64,000 bases of DNA from the NCBI GenBank assembly GCA_965228475.1, contig OZ245817.1, forward strand, positions 352,001-416,000. The letters are read 5' to 3'. Below the pieces are notes generated by a model, which was not told where the DNA came from, ran no database searches, and saw only the letters and a list, made by a program, of their open reading frames with translations. Numbering within the stretch: position 1 is the first letter of the stretch; every line of letters begins with the position of its first letter. Below are positions 9,984-19,025 of the stretch, in pieces. The stretch is from Myxococcota bacterium (GTDB lineage: Bacteria > Myxococcota_A > UBA9160 > JAFDDA01). The position numbers and the translations under genes are program-made.

Positions 9984-10628
9984 CTACCAGGTATCCACTT
10001 CGTGGTGAAGCTCGGCGAGGCCGACCTCCTGGCAGAGTCTCCGCGTGTCGGCCAGCACGCTGCGCCGTCCGCGTTCGCCGAGGGCTTCGCGTTCGATGGC
10101 GAGGAACTGCAGCCGGACCGGCTCGATCCGCTCGACCGGAAGCTCGGCCAGGGCCGGGGAAAGGAGCTGGATCTCCTCGGCTGCGAGGTGGCTGCGAATG
10201 TGGTCGAGATAGATCACGACGACCCGGAACACCTTCTCCCAGTCTCCTTCGCCGACGCCGTCGCAGAGTTCCTGGGTGAGCTGGCCGAGGGCCCGGTGTG
10301 CGCGTTCCAATCCTTTCGAGTGCTCGGCGTCGACGAGCCCCCAGGCATGCAGCGCCGGGAAGAACGCTTCCTCTTCCTTTCGGCGATGCACGCGATGCAC
10401 GAAGTTCCCGATCACGTCGACGACCGTCTGCCAGAAGTCGGGCCGGAGCGGTTCGCCGTGGGCGAGCCGGCGCGCCTCTTCGTCCATGGCGGCGATGGCC
10501 ATCCCCATGACGTGATGTTCGGCGAGCAGCTCCTGCTCCGGCCGCGCGGGTGCGGCCACCGCCGCATCGCGCATCCAGAGATCGAAGGCCAGCGCTCTGG
10601 CGCGTCGTGCCTTGGCTTCGTCGGTCAT
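9984..10628 (-). CDS. Hemerythrin/HHE cation-binding domain protein
   Basis: C-terminal 214 aa of ORF 9984..11348: EHHVM, HRVHRRKEEEAFFP, AHRAL, HIRSHLAAEE. Confidence 0.75.
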   Translation of the reverse strand: MTDEAKARRARALAFDLWMRDAAVAAPARPEQELLAEHHVMGMAIAAMDEEARRLAHGEPLRPDFWQTVVDVIGNFVHRVHRRKEEEAFFPALHAWGLVDAEHSKGLERAHRALGQLTQELCDGVGEGDWEKVFRVVVIYLDHIRSHLAAEEIQLLSPALAELPVERIEPVRLQFLAIEREALGERGRRSVLADTRRLCQEVGLAELHHEVDTW

Positions 10629-10663
10629 GGCGCTTCTCCGCGTTGGGGCCTCCCCCAGGCAGT

Positions 10664-10679
10664 TGCAACCGGCGTGCCG
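10664..10679 (-). promoter_or_regulatory. Sigma-54 (-24/-12) promoter of the hemerythrin gene
   Basis: Minus strand CGGCACG-CCGG-TTGCA versus consensus TGGCACG-N4-TTGCW, 35 bp upstream of the ATG. Confidence 0.7.
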
Positions 10680-10871
10680 CAAGAGCGCCGCGGTAGGCTC
10701 CGGAGCTGCGCAAGGAGTCCCAGGTGCACGGGGCCGCGAGGCGAAACGCCGCTCTCCGGCGCCTTCTGGCCGGCTCCGGCGTCGGCAGGAGAAGGAAACT
10801 GGCGGATTCGCCCCGTAGCCGCCGGGCCGGCCACCCGCTGTACTAGGTCGTGGGAAGGGTCCGGAGATCCG

Positions 10872-11543
10872 ATGCGGTACCTCTTTGCGCTCTTCCTGAT
10901 GTCGGTCGCCTGTCCGGCGGCCGCGACCACCCTGACCTTCGACGTGAATCCGCTGCCGGTCTCGAACGCGCAGCTGCTGCCCCAGGAGTACGGTGACCGG
11001 GTCGTCGACGCCACCACCGACGTGCTCGGGAGCGGCGCCGCGGCCGCCGGGAGCTACCTCGTCGGGAGCGAAGGCGCGACGCCGAACGTGACCGTCGAGC
11101 ACGACTCGACGGGCGACGAGGTCCTCTGGACCACCGGCTACGGCGACCTCGTGAACGTCTCCTGGCGCGCCCAGTCGGTGATCTTCACCGCCGACACGGG
11201 CTTCTTCGTGACCTTCGATTCCTTCGACATCGCCTGCTTCGGTTGCAGCGACGGTTCCCTCGGGCCGACGGTCTCGCTCCTCGACGGTGGCGGAAACGAG
11301 CTCTGGTCGACGAACGGCAACATCACCTTCGCCGACGGCGGAGCGCACGAGACGATCACGCCGGTTCCGACGGTCACTGCGAGCGTCATCGAGCTGGTGT
11401 TCAACTACGCGGGGACCGAGGTCTCCGCGGACTTCGTCGGGATCGACAACCTGCGCTTCAGCCAGGAGGTGCCCGCACCGCCGTTGGCGCTGCTCGTGGG
11501 GCTGGCCGGTCTCGGCTTGCTGAGAGCTTCCCGGCGCGGCTAG
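10872..11543 (+). CDS. Secreted PEP-CTERM-like protein (VPAP variant)
   Basis: Signal peptide MRYLFALFLMSVACPAAA; C-terminus VPAPPLALLVGLAGLGLLRASRRG. Confidence 0.75.
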   Translation: MRYLFALFLMSVACPAAATTLTFDVNPLPVSNAQLLPQEYGDRVVDATTDVLGSGAAAAGSYLVGSEGATPNVTVEHDSTGDEVLWTTGYGDLVNVSWRAQSVIFTADTGFFVTFDSFDIACFGCSDGSLGPTVSLLDGGGNELWSTNGNITFADGGAHETITPVPTVTASVIELVFNYAGTEVSADFVGIDNLRFSQEVPAPPLALLVGLAGLGLLRASRRG

Positions 11544-11586
11544 GCCGGCGCCGTGCGGCGCATCCGGTCGCCGGGAGACCGGAGGG

Positions 11587-12657
11587 TCAGAGGAAGACCA
11601 GGGCGTTCACGGCCATGGCCCGCGCGACGGCCTCCGTGTTGCTGCGGGCGCCGAGTTTCGTGCGCGCGCTGCGGAGGTGGCCCGAGAGCGACCGGACCGT
11701 TCCGCCGAGCTGCTCGGCGGCCTGCTCGAGGGTGAGGCCCTGGGCCACGAGGGAGAGCGCGTCGCGCTCGCGCACCGTGAGGTCCGCCTCCCGTGCCAGG
11801 ACGCCACGCGCGAACACCGAGCTCTGCGTCGACATCAGGGCCGACCGGAGGGTCGGGCCGAGCGTGGGAAGCTCGTCGCGAATCGCTTCGGCGCTTCGGC
11901 CTCGAAAGAACATCGAGGCGCCGACGAAGCCGCAGCCGAAGGGCGAGCCGAGGCTCACGCAAACCGGAAGCCGGTCTGCGTGGCACGCCTCGCGCAGGGC
12001 GTCGGGCACGGCCGGCTCGAGCGCAGGGCCGTTCCAGCAGCGGCCATCGGCATCCACCACGACTTCGCGGTCGGGCTCCGAGAAGATACGCAGGGCGACC
12101 GGGTTGCGGAGCAGTCCGCCGGAGGCGACGTGGGCCTCCATGGGGCCCGGCGCGCCCGCCCAGGCGAGGATCGCCTCGCCGCGCCGGAAGCTCACCGCGT
12201 TCAACGGCACGAAGCCGTAGCCGACCGCAGCGACCCCGAGCGGTGCGAGATGGTCGCGAAGCACGAATACGGCGGCCTCGACGTCCGCCGCTCCGGCGAG
12301 CCGCGTCGCGAGCTCCGCGTCGAGCCCGGAAGGAGTGTGCGCTTCGTGGTGGGGATTCGTTCCGAGCTGGGGCTCGCCCGCAGCCTGCACCACGGAGTGT
12401 CGCGCGAGGATGGCCGCGGCTTCCGTCGTGCTCTGCGCGCCGAGCTTGGTTCGCAGCGAAGCCAGGTGCTTCTCGGTCGTGGAGGGGGAGATGCCGAGAT
12501 TTTCGGCGATGGCGGCGCGCGTGGCGCCGCGCGTGAGCAGTGCGGCGACGGCCGCCTCGCGGTCCGTCAGGCCGTGGGTCTCGCGCAGCGCGGAGTCGAC
12601 CACGAGCTGGCCGTGCCGTGTTCCGTGCAGCGTTTCTTCCTGGCGGAGGCGTCGCAT
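11587..12657 (-). CDS. LuxR-family regulator with two HTH domains
   Basis: N-terminal LTDREAAVAALLTRG...TTEKHLASLRTKLGA and C-terminal LTVRERDALSLVAQG...HLRSARTKLGARSNTEAV. Confidence 0.8.
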   Translation of the reverse strand: MRRLRQEETLHGTRHGQLVVDSALRETHGLTDREAAVAALLTRGATRAAIAENLGISPSTTEKHLASLRTKLGAQSTTEAAAILARHSVVQAAGEPQLGTNPHHEAHTPSGLDAELATRLAGAADVEAAVFVLRDHLAPLGVAAVGYGFVPLNAVSFRRGEAILAWAGAPGPMEAHVASGGLLRNPVALRIFSEPDREVVVDADGRCWNGPALEPAVPDALREACHADRLPVCVSLGSPFGCGFVGASMFFRGRSAEAIRDELPTLGPTLRSALMSTQSSVFARGVLAREADLTVRERDALSLVAQGLTLEQAAEQLGGTVRSLSGHLRSARTKLGARSNTEAVARAMAVNALVFL

Positions 12658-12774
12658 CGTCTCGCGAGGGTAGCTCCCGTCGGCGGGGCCACTCCGCGGA
12701 ACCTGGAAGGAAACCGGAGGATTCCACCCACTCGCGGTGCGGATCTCGGCGCGTCCTCGCGCCGTCGACGCGCC

Positions 12775-13773
12775 TCAGCCTCGTCTCATGTACCCGGACA
12801 GGAACCCGGCCAGGGCCGCGCCGCTTCGGTAGGCGCACTCGACGCGGTCGCCGAGCAGCCAGTCGCCACAGACCGAGAGGCCCTTCGCCTCGTCGTGCAG
12901 GTAGGGTTGCCCGACGAAGCGCTCCGCTCGGGCCAGCAGCCAGCGGTGAACGTCGGTGGAGCGGACCGGCGGCAGGCGCCGACCCAGGCGTTCGGCAAAC
13001 GCTTCGAGAAGCGCTTCCGCCAGGCTGGCCGGTTCTGCTTCGAGGTGAGCCTGGCTGAACGCCGGCGTCGAGTGGAGCACCCAGGCTTCTCCATCCGGGC
13101 GCCCGGGTTTGCTCCGGTTCCGCGCCGCCCAGGCGAGCCGTTCGTCCGCGACGAAGGCGCCGTCGAAGTCCGCGTCCACCGGCCGCTCGAAGCGGATCAT
13201 GGCGGCGTGACAGGGCAGCATCGAGATTCCGGCGGCGATGGCTGCGAGTTCAGGGGAGCTCTCGAGGAGGGGAACCGCCTGCGGCGCCGGCGCCGCGACG
13301 ACGACCTGGCTAAAGCCCTCGAAGCGCCGCTCGTCTTCCGCGACGAGGATCCAGCGCTTCGCGTCGCCGCGTTCGAGCCGCGTGATCCGCGTCGAGAGTT
13401 CGACGTCGAGTGCGGCCGCAAGCACCTTGGGCGCCGCGGTCATGCGCGGCGCGCCGACCCAGCGCACGGGCGGTTCGTTGGGCTCCCGAGCTCTGGGTGC
13501 TCCTCCGAGGTGCGCGATCGGAACGTCCCAGGCTTCGACGACGCCCTCTCCCTGCCACCGGGTCACCTGGGCGCGGAACTCCGGATCGCGTGCGGTGAAG
13601 TACTGGGCGCCATGGTCGAAGTCGTCGGGGAAACGCCGGCGCGTGGCGAGACGTCCGCCGACGCCGCGGGACTTGTCGAAGACGCGGACTTCATGTCCTC
13701 CGTCCGCGAGCCGGGAGGCGGCGGTCAGCCCGGCCAGTCCGGCTCCGATGACGGCGATGCGTTCGGTCTTCAC
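12775..13773 (-). CDS. Renalase-like NAD(P)/FAD-dependent oxidoreductase
   Basis: IAVIGAGLAG, DKSRGVGGRLATRR, FDHGAQYFT, CGDWLLGDRVECAYRSG; GTG start inferred. Confidence 0.85.
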   Translation of the reverse strand: MKTERIAVIGAGLAGLTAASRLADGGHEVRVFDKSRGVGGRLATRRRFPDDFDHGAQYFTARDPEFRAQVTRWQGEGVVEAWDVPIAHLGGAPRAREPNEPPVRWVGAPRMTAAPKVLAAALDVELSTRITRLERGDAKRWILVAEDERRFEGFSQVVVAAPAPQAVPLLESSPELAAIAAGISMLPCHAAMIRFERPVDADFDGAFVADERLAWAARNRSKPGRPDGEAWVLHSTPAFSQAHLEAEPASLAEALLEAFAERLGRRLPPVRSTDVHRWLLARAERFVGQPYLHDEAKGLSVCGDWLLGDRVECAYRSGAALAGFLSGYMRRG

Positions 13774-13844
13774 GGGCGTGTTCCAGGTGAGGGTGTCGGC
13801 GCAGCAACGGAGTCTGCCCGGCAGCCCGCCCCTGGCAAGGCACG

Positions 13845-14504
13845 CTAGGGAAGCAGCGTCTCGAGGTAGGCGGCCTGCATGGCGATGAGCTCGTCGACCA
13901 TGGCCTTGCCTTCCGCCCGCGATCCCTCGAAGGCCACGTCGAGCACCGCGGCGGCGCTCTCGACGAGGCAGCGCGCCGCGCGCCGGGCGCGGGCCGGGGA
14001 GAGCTCGGGGGCCAGGCGGCGAAGGCCCCGGGCGTGTGCGGCCGCGAGCCGGACGTTGTCGGCCTGGTCGATCGCGTGGAGTTCCGGGACCGCCCGCATG
14101 GCACGGCGGATCGCCGTGTAGCCGGGAACCCGCTCGAGTGCCTCGATCAGGCCGCGGGTGGCCGCTTCGTGCTCGGCGCGCCAGTCCCGGCCCGGGCCGG
14201 TGCCCATGCGTTCGAGCTCCGGGAGGGCGTGGGCCTCCCACTCGGCCATCACGCGCTCGGCCAGGGCGACGATCACCGCGGTCTTGTTCGGGAAGTAGCG
14301 GTACACGGTGCGCACCCGGACCCCGGCGCGCTCGGCCAGCCGGTTGGTGTTGAAGCCGTCGACGCCGACTTCGTCGAGCAGCTCTGCCGCCGTGTCGAGG
14401 ATGTGGGCGACCGTCTCCCGGGCCCGCGCCTGGCGGGGGGCGACGCGGAGGTCGCTCGGCAGGGACGCTGCCGGGGTTTCGGGAAGGGGGTTGTCCGCCG
14501 CCAT
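13845..14504 (-). CDS. TetR/AcrR family regulator
   Basis: PRQARARETVAHILDTA...LAERAGVRVRTVYRYFPNK. Confidence 0.9.
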   Translation of the reverse strand: MAADNPLPETPAASLPSDLRVAPRQARARETVAHILDTAAELLDEVGVDGFNTNRLAERAGVRVRTVYRYFPNKTAVIVALAERVMAEWEAHALPELERMGTGPGRDWRAEHEAATRGLIEALERVPGYTAIRRAMRAVPELHAIDQADNVRLAAAHARGLRRLAPELSPARARRAARCLVESAAAVLDVAFEGSRAEGKAMVDELIAMQAAYLETLLP

Positions 14505-14505
14505 G

Positions 14506-14525
14506 AAGGGAGTATATACTCCCTT
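14506..14525. promoter_or_regulatory. Perfect 20-bp palindrome, likely TetR operator
   Basis: AAGGGAGTAT|ATACTCCCTT between the divergent tetR and dioxygenase genes. Confidence 0.8.
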
Positions 14526-14572
14526 TTTGTGGATCGCGCCACGGCCCCACCGGCCGAAACAGGAGGAGCGCC

Positions 14573-15517
14573 ATGAGCCTCGAGACCCTCGCCCCCGACG
14601 CCAAGGCCAGCGAGGTCGCCGCCGCCCTGCAGCGCGACGGCGCCTGCATCGTGCGCGACGTCCTTTCGCCCGAACAGCTCGACCGCATCGACGCGGACGT
14701 CACGCCCTGGATCGAACGCTCCCAGAAAGGGGCCGACGATTTCACCGGGCGCAACACGAAGCGCACGGGAGCTCTCGTCGCGCGCTGTCCGGAGATCCGG
14801 CCGGTCGTGACGCACCCGCTCGTGCTCGCGGCCGCGAACGAGTTCCTCGACCCGTGGTGCGAGAAGATCCAGCTGCACCTGACCCAGACGATCGACATCC
14901 TGCCCGGCCAGGGTGCGCAGATCCTCCACCGCGACCGGCTCGCCTGGGGCGGCTACATCCCGAAGCCGATCGAGCCGCAGTTCAACACCATCTGGGCGCT
15001 CACGGACTTCACCGAGGAGAACGGTGCGACGCACGTCATTCCGGGGAGCCAGGACTGGCCGCTCGATCGCAATCCGAAGTCGCCCGGCGAGAGCATCCAG
15101 GCCGAGATGTCCCGCGGCTCCGTGCTCTGCTACTCGGGGACCGTCATCCATGGCGGCGGCGAGAACCGCTCGGACGCCGCGCGCGTCGGGCTCAACATCA
15201 CCTACTGCCTGGGCTGGCTTCGCCAGGAGGAAAACCAGTTCCTCTCGTGCCCGCCGCACATCGCGAAGGATCTCTCCCCCGAGCTGACCGATCTGCTCGG
15301 CTACACGATGGGCAACTACGCTCTCGGCTACTACTCGCAGCCCGAGATGGTGGAGGGGCTCCCCGACACGCTGCCGCCCGAGGTGGCGATCGGCCGCACG
15401 CCGGAATCGATCGGGGGCAACACGCTCATCTCCGGCAACGAGCCCGACGTGACGTGGGACGAGCTGGTGGCCGGCGCCGGGGAGCGCGGGCGCGAAGGGT
15501 CGGCTCCGCGCCGCTAG
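14573..15517 (+). CDS. Phytanoyl-CoA dioxygenase family Fe(II)/2-oxoglutarate enzyme
   Basis: QILHRD (HxD), WALTDFTEENGATHVIPGS, IHGGGEN, GWLRQEENQ. Confidence 0.88.
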   Translation: MSLETLAPDAKASEVAAALQRDGACIVRDVLSPEQLDRIDADVTPWIERSQKGADDFTGRNTKRTGALVARCPEIRPVVTHPLVLAAANEFLDPWCEKIQLHLTQTIDILPGQGAQILHRDRLAWGGYIPKPIEPQFNTIWALTDFTEENGATHVIPGSQDWPLDRNPKSPGESIQAEMSRGSVLCYSGTVIHGGGENRSDAARVGLNITYCLGWLRQEENQFLSCPPHIAKDLSPELTDLLGYTMGNYALGYYSQPEMVEGLPDTLPPEVAIGRTPESIGGNTLISGNEPDVTWDELVAGAGERGREGSAPRR

Positions 15518-16116
15518 CGCCCGAGGGGCCGGGTCTCGACGATCCGGTCCAGGGCCTCGATCAGCTCGCCGGCGATCGCACCCGCCGGGCGGTCTCCGCA
15601 CTCGAGCACGACGTCCGCGCCCTCGAGCCCCGGCGCCTGCGCTTCGAGCAGCGGGGCGAGCTCCTCGGCCGTGGCGGGCGTCGCGAGGGCGAACTCGTAG
15701 AGGCTTCCCGGCTGGCCCGCGAGCTGCGCGCGGATGCGCTGCAGGAGCGCTTCCGCCGGCCGGCGCAGGTAGACGACCCGACCGTTCTCCCGAGCGAGGC
15801 GCATCGCCTCGGGCTTGAGCGGTGCGCTCCCGCCCGCGATGACCGCGCAGGGGCGCCGCGCGAAGGCCCGCTCGAGCGCCGCGGCGCTGTGTGTCGCGAG
15901 GGCGGCGATGCCGTCGCGGCCGACGAGCTCCGGCAGCGAGCAGCCCGCGCTGTTCTCGACGTTGCGGTCGACGTCGACGAAGGGAAGGCCGGTCCGGGCT
16001 GCGATCGCGCGCGCGACGAGGCTCGTCCCCGCGCCGACCTGGCCGACGAGCAGGAGCGGCTCTCCGAGAAAGAGGCGCGGGTGGGGTGCGTAGTAGTCGT
16101 CCATGCCCGAACTCAT
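15514..16116 (-). CDS. Shikimate kinase-like protein with degenerate P-loop
   Basis: LLLVGQVGAGTSLVARAIAARTGLPFVDVDRNVE...VIAGGSA...VVYLRRP; Walker A Lys replaced by Thr. Confidence 0.7.
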   Translation of the reverse strand: MSSGMDDYYAPHPRLFLGEPLLLVGQVGAGTSLVARAIAARTGLPFVDVDRNVENSAGCSLPELVGRDGIAALATHSAAALERAFARRPCAVIAGGSAPLKPEAMRLARENGRVVYLRRPAEALLQRIRAQLAGQPGSLYEFALATPATAEELAPLLEAQAPGLEGADVVLECGDRPAGAIAGELIEALDRIVETRPLGR

Positions 16117-17153
16117 GCCGCGGGCAACACGTCGCAGGTCCGCAGGGTCGGCTCCCACGCGGCCGCGTGGACGCGGAGGGCCGTTCGGTAGCGGGACCAG
16201 ACGCCTTCGGGGGCGGTCGGGCTGAGTACCTGCTCGTGGTATCGGCGCACGTCTTCGTCGAGGGGGAGTCCGGCCTGCGAGCGTTCGTAGAGGATGGCGA
16301 GCGCTTCGAGCACGGAGCCGACGCCGCGGTCGATGCGCAAGGCGTCGGGCTGGACCCCCATGAGGTATTGCGTGCGGAAGGCGGCCGCGAGTCTTCCTTC
16401 GGTCGCGCCGCAGCCCCCGCGCCCATGAGCCGCGACGAGGGTGGAGACCGCGTCGAGCCCGCGGGTGAGGGTGTCGAGGCGCCGGAGCGCGAGGCCCAGA
16501 GGCTCGACGTGGCGCAGCTGCGCCAAGGCTTCCTCGAGCGAAACGGCGTCGCCGACCTCCCGCAACTCCCCGTCGACCAGGTGGGCGACCCGCAGCAGCG
16601 GCGGCTCGGCGTCCGCGAGCGCCACGCGCGCCATGGGGGCCTGCGTCGCGGTGAGGAGCGCCTCGACCTCCTCGGTGGTCCAGAGCGCGTTCCAGAGATG
16701 GCGCGGGAGGTCCTGCCGCTTGGCCGCGAGCATCGCCTCGAGCTTGGCGCGTCGGCTCTCCCCGGTTCCTTCGAGGCAGCGGTGGCCGACTTCGAGCACC
16801 TCGACCTCGTAGCGGAGGCGCCGGGTCGGCGGCATCACGCGGCCCATGGGGCTGTTGCGATAGCCGGCGAGCTCTCCGAGGCGGCAACCCTGGAGGGCGA
16901 GCAGGTCGAAGATTCCCATCGTCGGGCTCTCGACCTCGAAGCGGACGAGGCGACGGCGGGGCGGTGCGGTGTCGGCCGGAGGCGCCGGGGGCCCGGCGGT
17001 GCCTGCTCCGACGGCCTCGCGTACCGACGCGTGGTAGTCGGCGATGCGCTGCTCGAAGTCGGAGGTGCACCCGAGCGCGAGGCTGCCCGCGGCGACCAAC
17101 ACCAGGGTGGCGAGCGGGCGGGCTCCGGGCCCTTTCGGCGAGAACGGTTTCAC
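16113..17153 (-). CDS. Lipoprotein, DUF3080-like
   Basis: Lipobox SLALGC; MGIFDLLALQGCRLGELAGYRNSPMGRV...RYE; start inferred. Confidence 0.6.
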   Translation of the reverse strand: MKPFSPKGPGARPLATLVLVAAGSLALGCTSDFEQRIADYHASVREAVGAGTAGPPAPPADTAPPRRRLVRFEVESPTMGIFDLLALQGCRLGELAGYRNSPMGRVMPPTRRLRYEVEVLEVGHRCLEGTGESRRAKLEAMLAAKRQDLPRHLWNALWTTEEVEALLTATQAPMARVALADAEPPLLRVAHLVDGELREVGDAVSLEEALAQLRHVEPLGLALRRLDTLTRGLDAVSTLVAAHGRGGCGATEGRLAAAFRTQYLMGVQPDALRIDRGVGSVLEALAILYERSQAGLPLDEDVRRYHEQVLSPTAPEGVWSRYRTALRVHAAAWEPTLRTCDVLPAA

Positions 17154-17251
17154 CCTGGGAAGGTAAGCGGCAATCGTCGAGGTGCCCGTCGGGCACCGCG
17201 GCTGGCACATCGGCTCCGGGCGCCTAAGGTGCAAGCGCCGAAAGGAGCCCC

Positions 17252-17893
17252 ATGATCGACGTCTACGTCGGCCCGACGCCGAACGGCCGCATTCCGCTGC
17301 TGGCGCTCGAGGAGACCGGGGAGCCCTACCGGCTTCACAAGGTCGCGCTCTTCGAGGGCGCCCAGTACCAGGCCGAGTTCCTCGCCAAGAACCCCGCCGC
17401 CCAGATTCCCGTGATCGTCGACGACGCGGCGGACGGCGGTTCGTCCGTGACGCTCTCCCAGACGACGGCGATCCTTCTCTATCTCGCCGAAAAGACGAGC
17501 CAGCTCCTGCCCCCGAGCCCGGCGGACCGGGCTCGCGCGTTCGAAGCGCTCGCCCTTCACGCGACCGATCTCGCCCCGAGCTTCTACCTCGCGTACCACC
17601 TCGAGCGTCTGCTCGGAACGGACGACGCGGCCGTCCGGGATCGCCTCCGGATGCGCGGCTGGAAGTACTACGTCGTGCTCGACGGCTGGCTGAAGGAGCG
17701 GCCCTACCTCGGCGGCGACGATTGCTCGATCGCCGATCTCGCCGCCTTCCCCTGGGCCGAGATGATGGACCGGGAATCGCTCGCCAAGCTCGAAGGCCTG
17801 GCCGCGTGGCGCGAGCGGCTGTCCGAGCGCCCGGCCGTGCAGCGGGCGATGGCCCTGGACATCGGCCCCCCGCTGGGCTCCAGGGCCTCCTAG
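17252..17893 (+). CDS. Glutathione S-transferase family protein
   Basis: TPNG, EFLAKNPAAQIPVIVD, ILLYLAEK, YLGGDDCSIADLAAFPW, RPAVQRA. Confidence 0.9.
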   Translation: MIDVYVGPTPNGRIPLLALEETGEPYRLHKVALFEGAQYQAEFLAKNPAAQIPVIVDDAADGGSSVTLSQTTAILLYLAEKTSQLLPPSPADRARAFEALALHATDLAPSFYLAYHLERLLGTDDAAVRDRLRMRGWKYYVVLDGWLKERPYLGGDDCSIADLAAFPWAEMMDRESLAKLEGLAAWRERLSERPAVQRAMALDIGPPLGSRAS

Positions 17894-18008
17894 CGCCCCG
17901 CGGGAGCCGGCTCCTGCGCTCCCGCCCGAGAAAGCGCAGAGCCGCTGCCATTTCTGGCCTCCGGGTGCGACCTATCTCCGGACCCGCGTTCCAGGCTCCG
18001 GAGGTTTC

Positions 18009-18665
18009 ATGCGCACCCCCCTGCTCTCGCTCGCCCTGGCCGTCTTGCTGGCCACGCCGGCCTCGGCCATCACCCTCGGCACCTTCGAGTTCGACGACAC
18101 CCGCTTCGGCAACTCGGTGGTCGAAAGCGACGGCGGCGCGTTCTCGGTCACGGGCTGGATGAACGCGAACGCCCCGGTCAACGCCGGGATGCCCGCTTCC
18201 CTGACGGGAGCCAACTTCGATACCGGCATCGCGAACATCGGGACCGGCGGTTTCGTGAGCTACACGATCGGCTACGACAACCCGATCGCCAACGACGCGG
18301 GCGACGACTTCGGCGTCGTGACCGCGCGCTTCAGCTTCGATGATTTCACCCTGGCCGTCTCGACCGACGGCGTCAACTTCACGGCGGATCAGATCCTGCC
18401 GTCCGCGAGCGGGATCAGCACGGGTGTGGGCCGCACGTACTACACGGAGTCGGGCGGTCCGTTCGCCTCGACCCTCTACGTGACGCCGATCGACCTCGAT
18501 GCGTTCGGGATCGGGGCGGGCGAGGAGATCGTCGCCATCCGCGTGGGCGGCGACACGCAGCTCGACCTCGTTCGCGTCGCGGCCTTCGGCGTTCCGGAGC
18601 CCTCGGCGCTCGCCCTGCTCGCGACGGTGGCGGGCGCGTTCGGCGTCCTGCGACGACGCGCCTAG
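18009..18665 (+). CDS. PEP-CTERM sorting-domain protein
   Basis: Signal peptide; C-terminus VPEPSALALLATVAGAFGVLRRRA. Confidence 0.88.
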   Translation: MRTPLLSLALAVLLATPASAITLGTFEFDDTRFGNSVVESDGGAFSVTGWMNANAPVNAGMPASLTGANFDTGIANIGTGGFVSYTIGYDNPIANDAGDDFGVVTARFSFDDFTLAVSTDGVNFTADQILPSASGISTGVGRTYYTESGGPFASTLYVTPIDLDAFGIGAGEEIVAIRVGGDTQLDLVRVAAFGVPEPSALALLATVAGAFGVLRRRA

Positions 18666-18740
18666 CGCCCCGAGCCCGCCCGGCCCGAACCGCCTAGACT
18701 CCGCGGCTCCACCGGCCCCGCGCCGCAGCCCGGAGACACG

Positions 18741-19022
18741 ATGCTCAAGGTCAACGAGTACTTCGACGGCAACGTCAAATCGATCGGCTTCCAGGGCCAG
18801 CCGCTCCCGGCTTCGGTCGGCGTGATGGCGCCCGGCGAGTACGAATTCGGAACGAGCGAGAAAGAGACCATGACCGTCGTGTCCGGCGCAATGACGGTCC
18901 GGCTCCCGGGCGAGACGGAGTGGCGGCGCTTCGAAGCGGGCCAGCACTTCGAGGTCGAAGCGGGCGCCACCTTCCACCTGAAGATCGACGCCGACTGCGC
19001 GTACCTCTGCACCTACGGCTGA
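18741..19022 (+). CDS. ppnP: Pyrimidine/purine nucleoside phosphorylase
   Basis: [17 protein letters not shown]...[14 protein letters not shown]...ETMTVVSG...AYLCTY. Confidence 0.92.
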   Translation: MLKVNEYFDGNVKSIGFQGQPLPASVGVMAPGEYEFGTSEKETMTVVSGAMTVRLPGETEWRRFEAGQHFEVEAGATFHLKIDADCAYLCTYG

Positions 19023-19025
19023 GCC

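Noticed and set aside
8142..10871. 1133-aa ORF 8142..11543 as one giant protein
   Set aside because: The first ~910 aa are antisense to real genes; only the part from ATG 10872 has a signal peptide and sorting signal.
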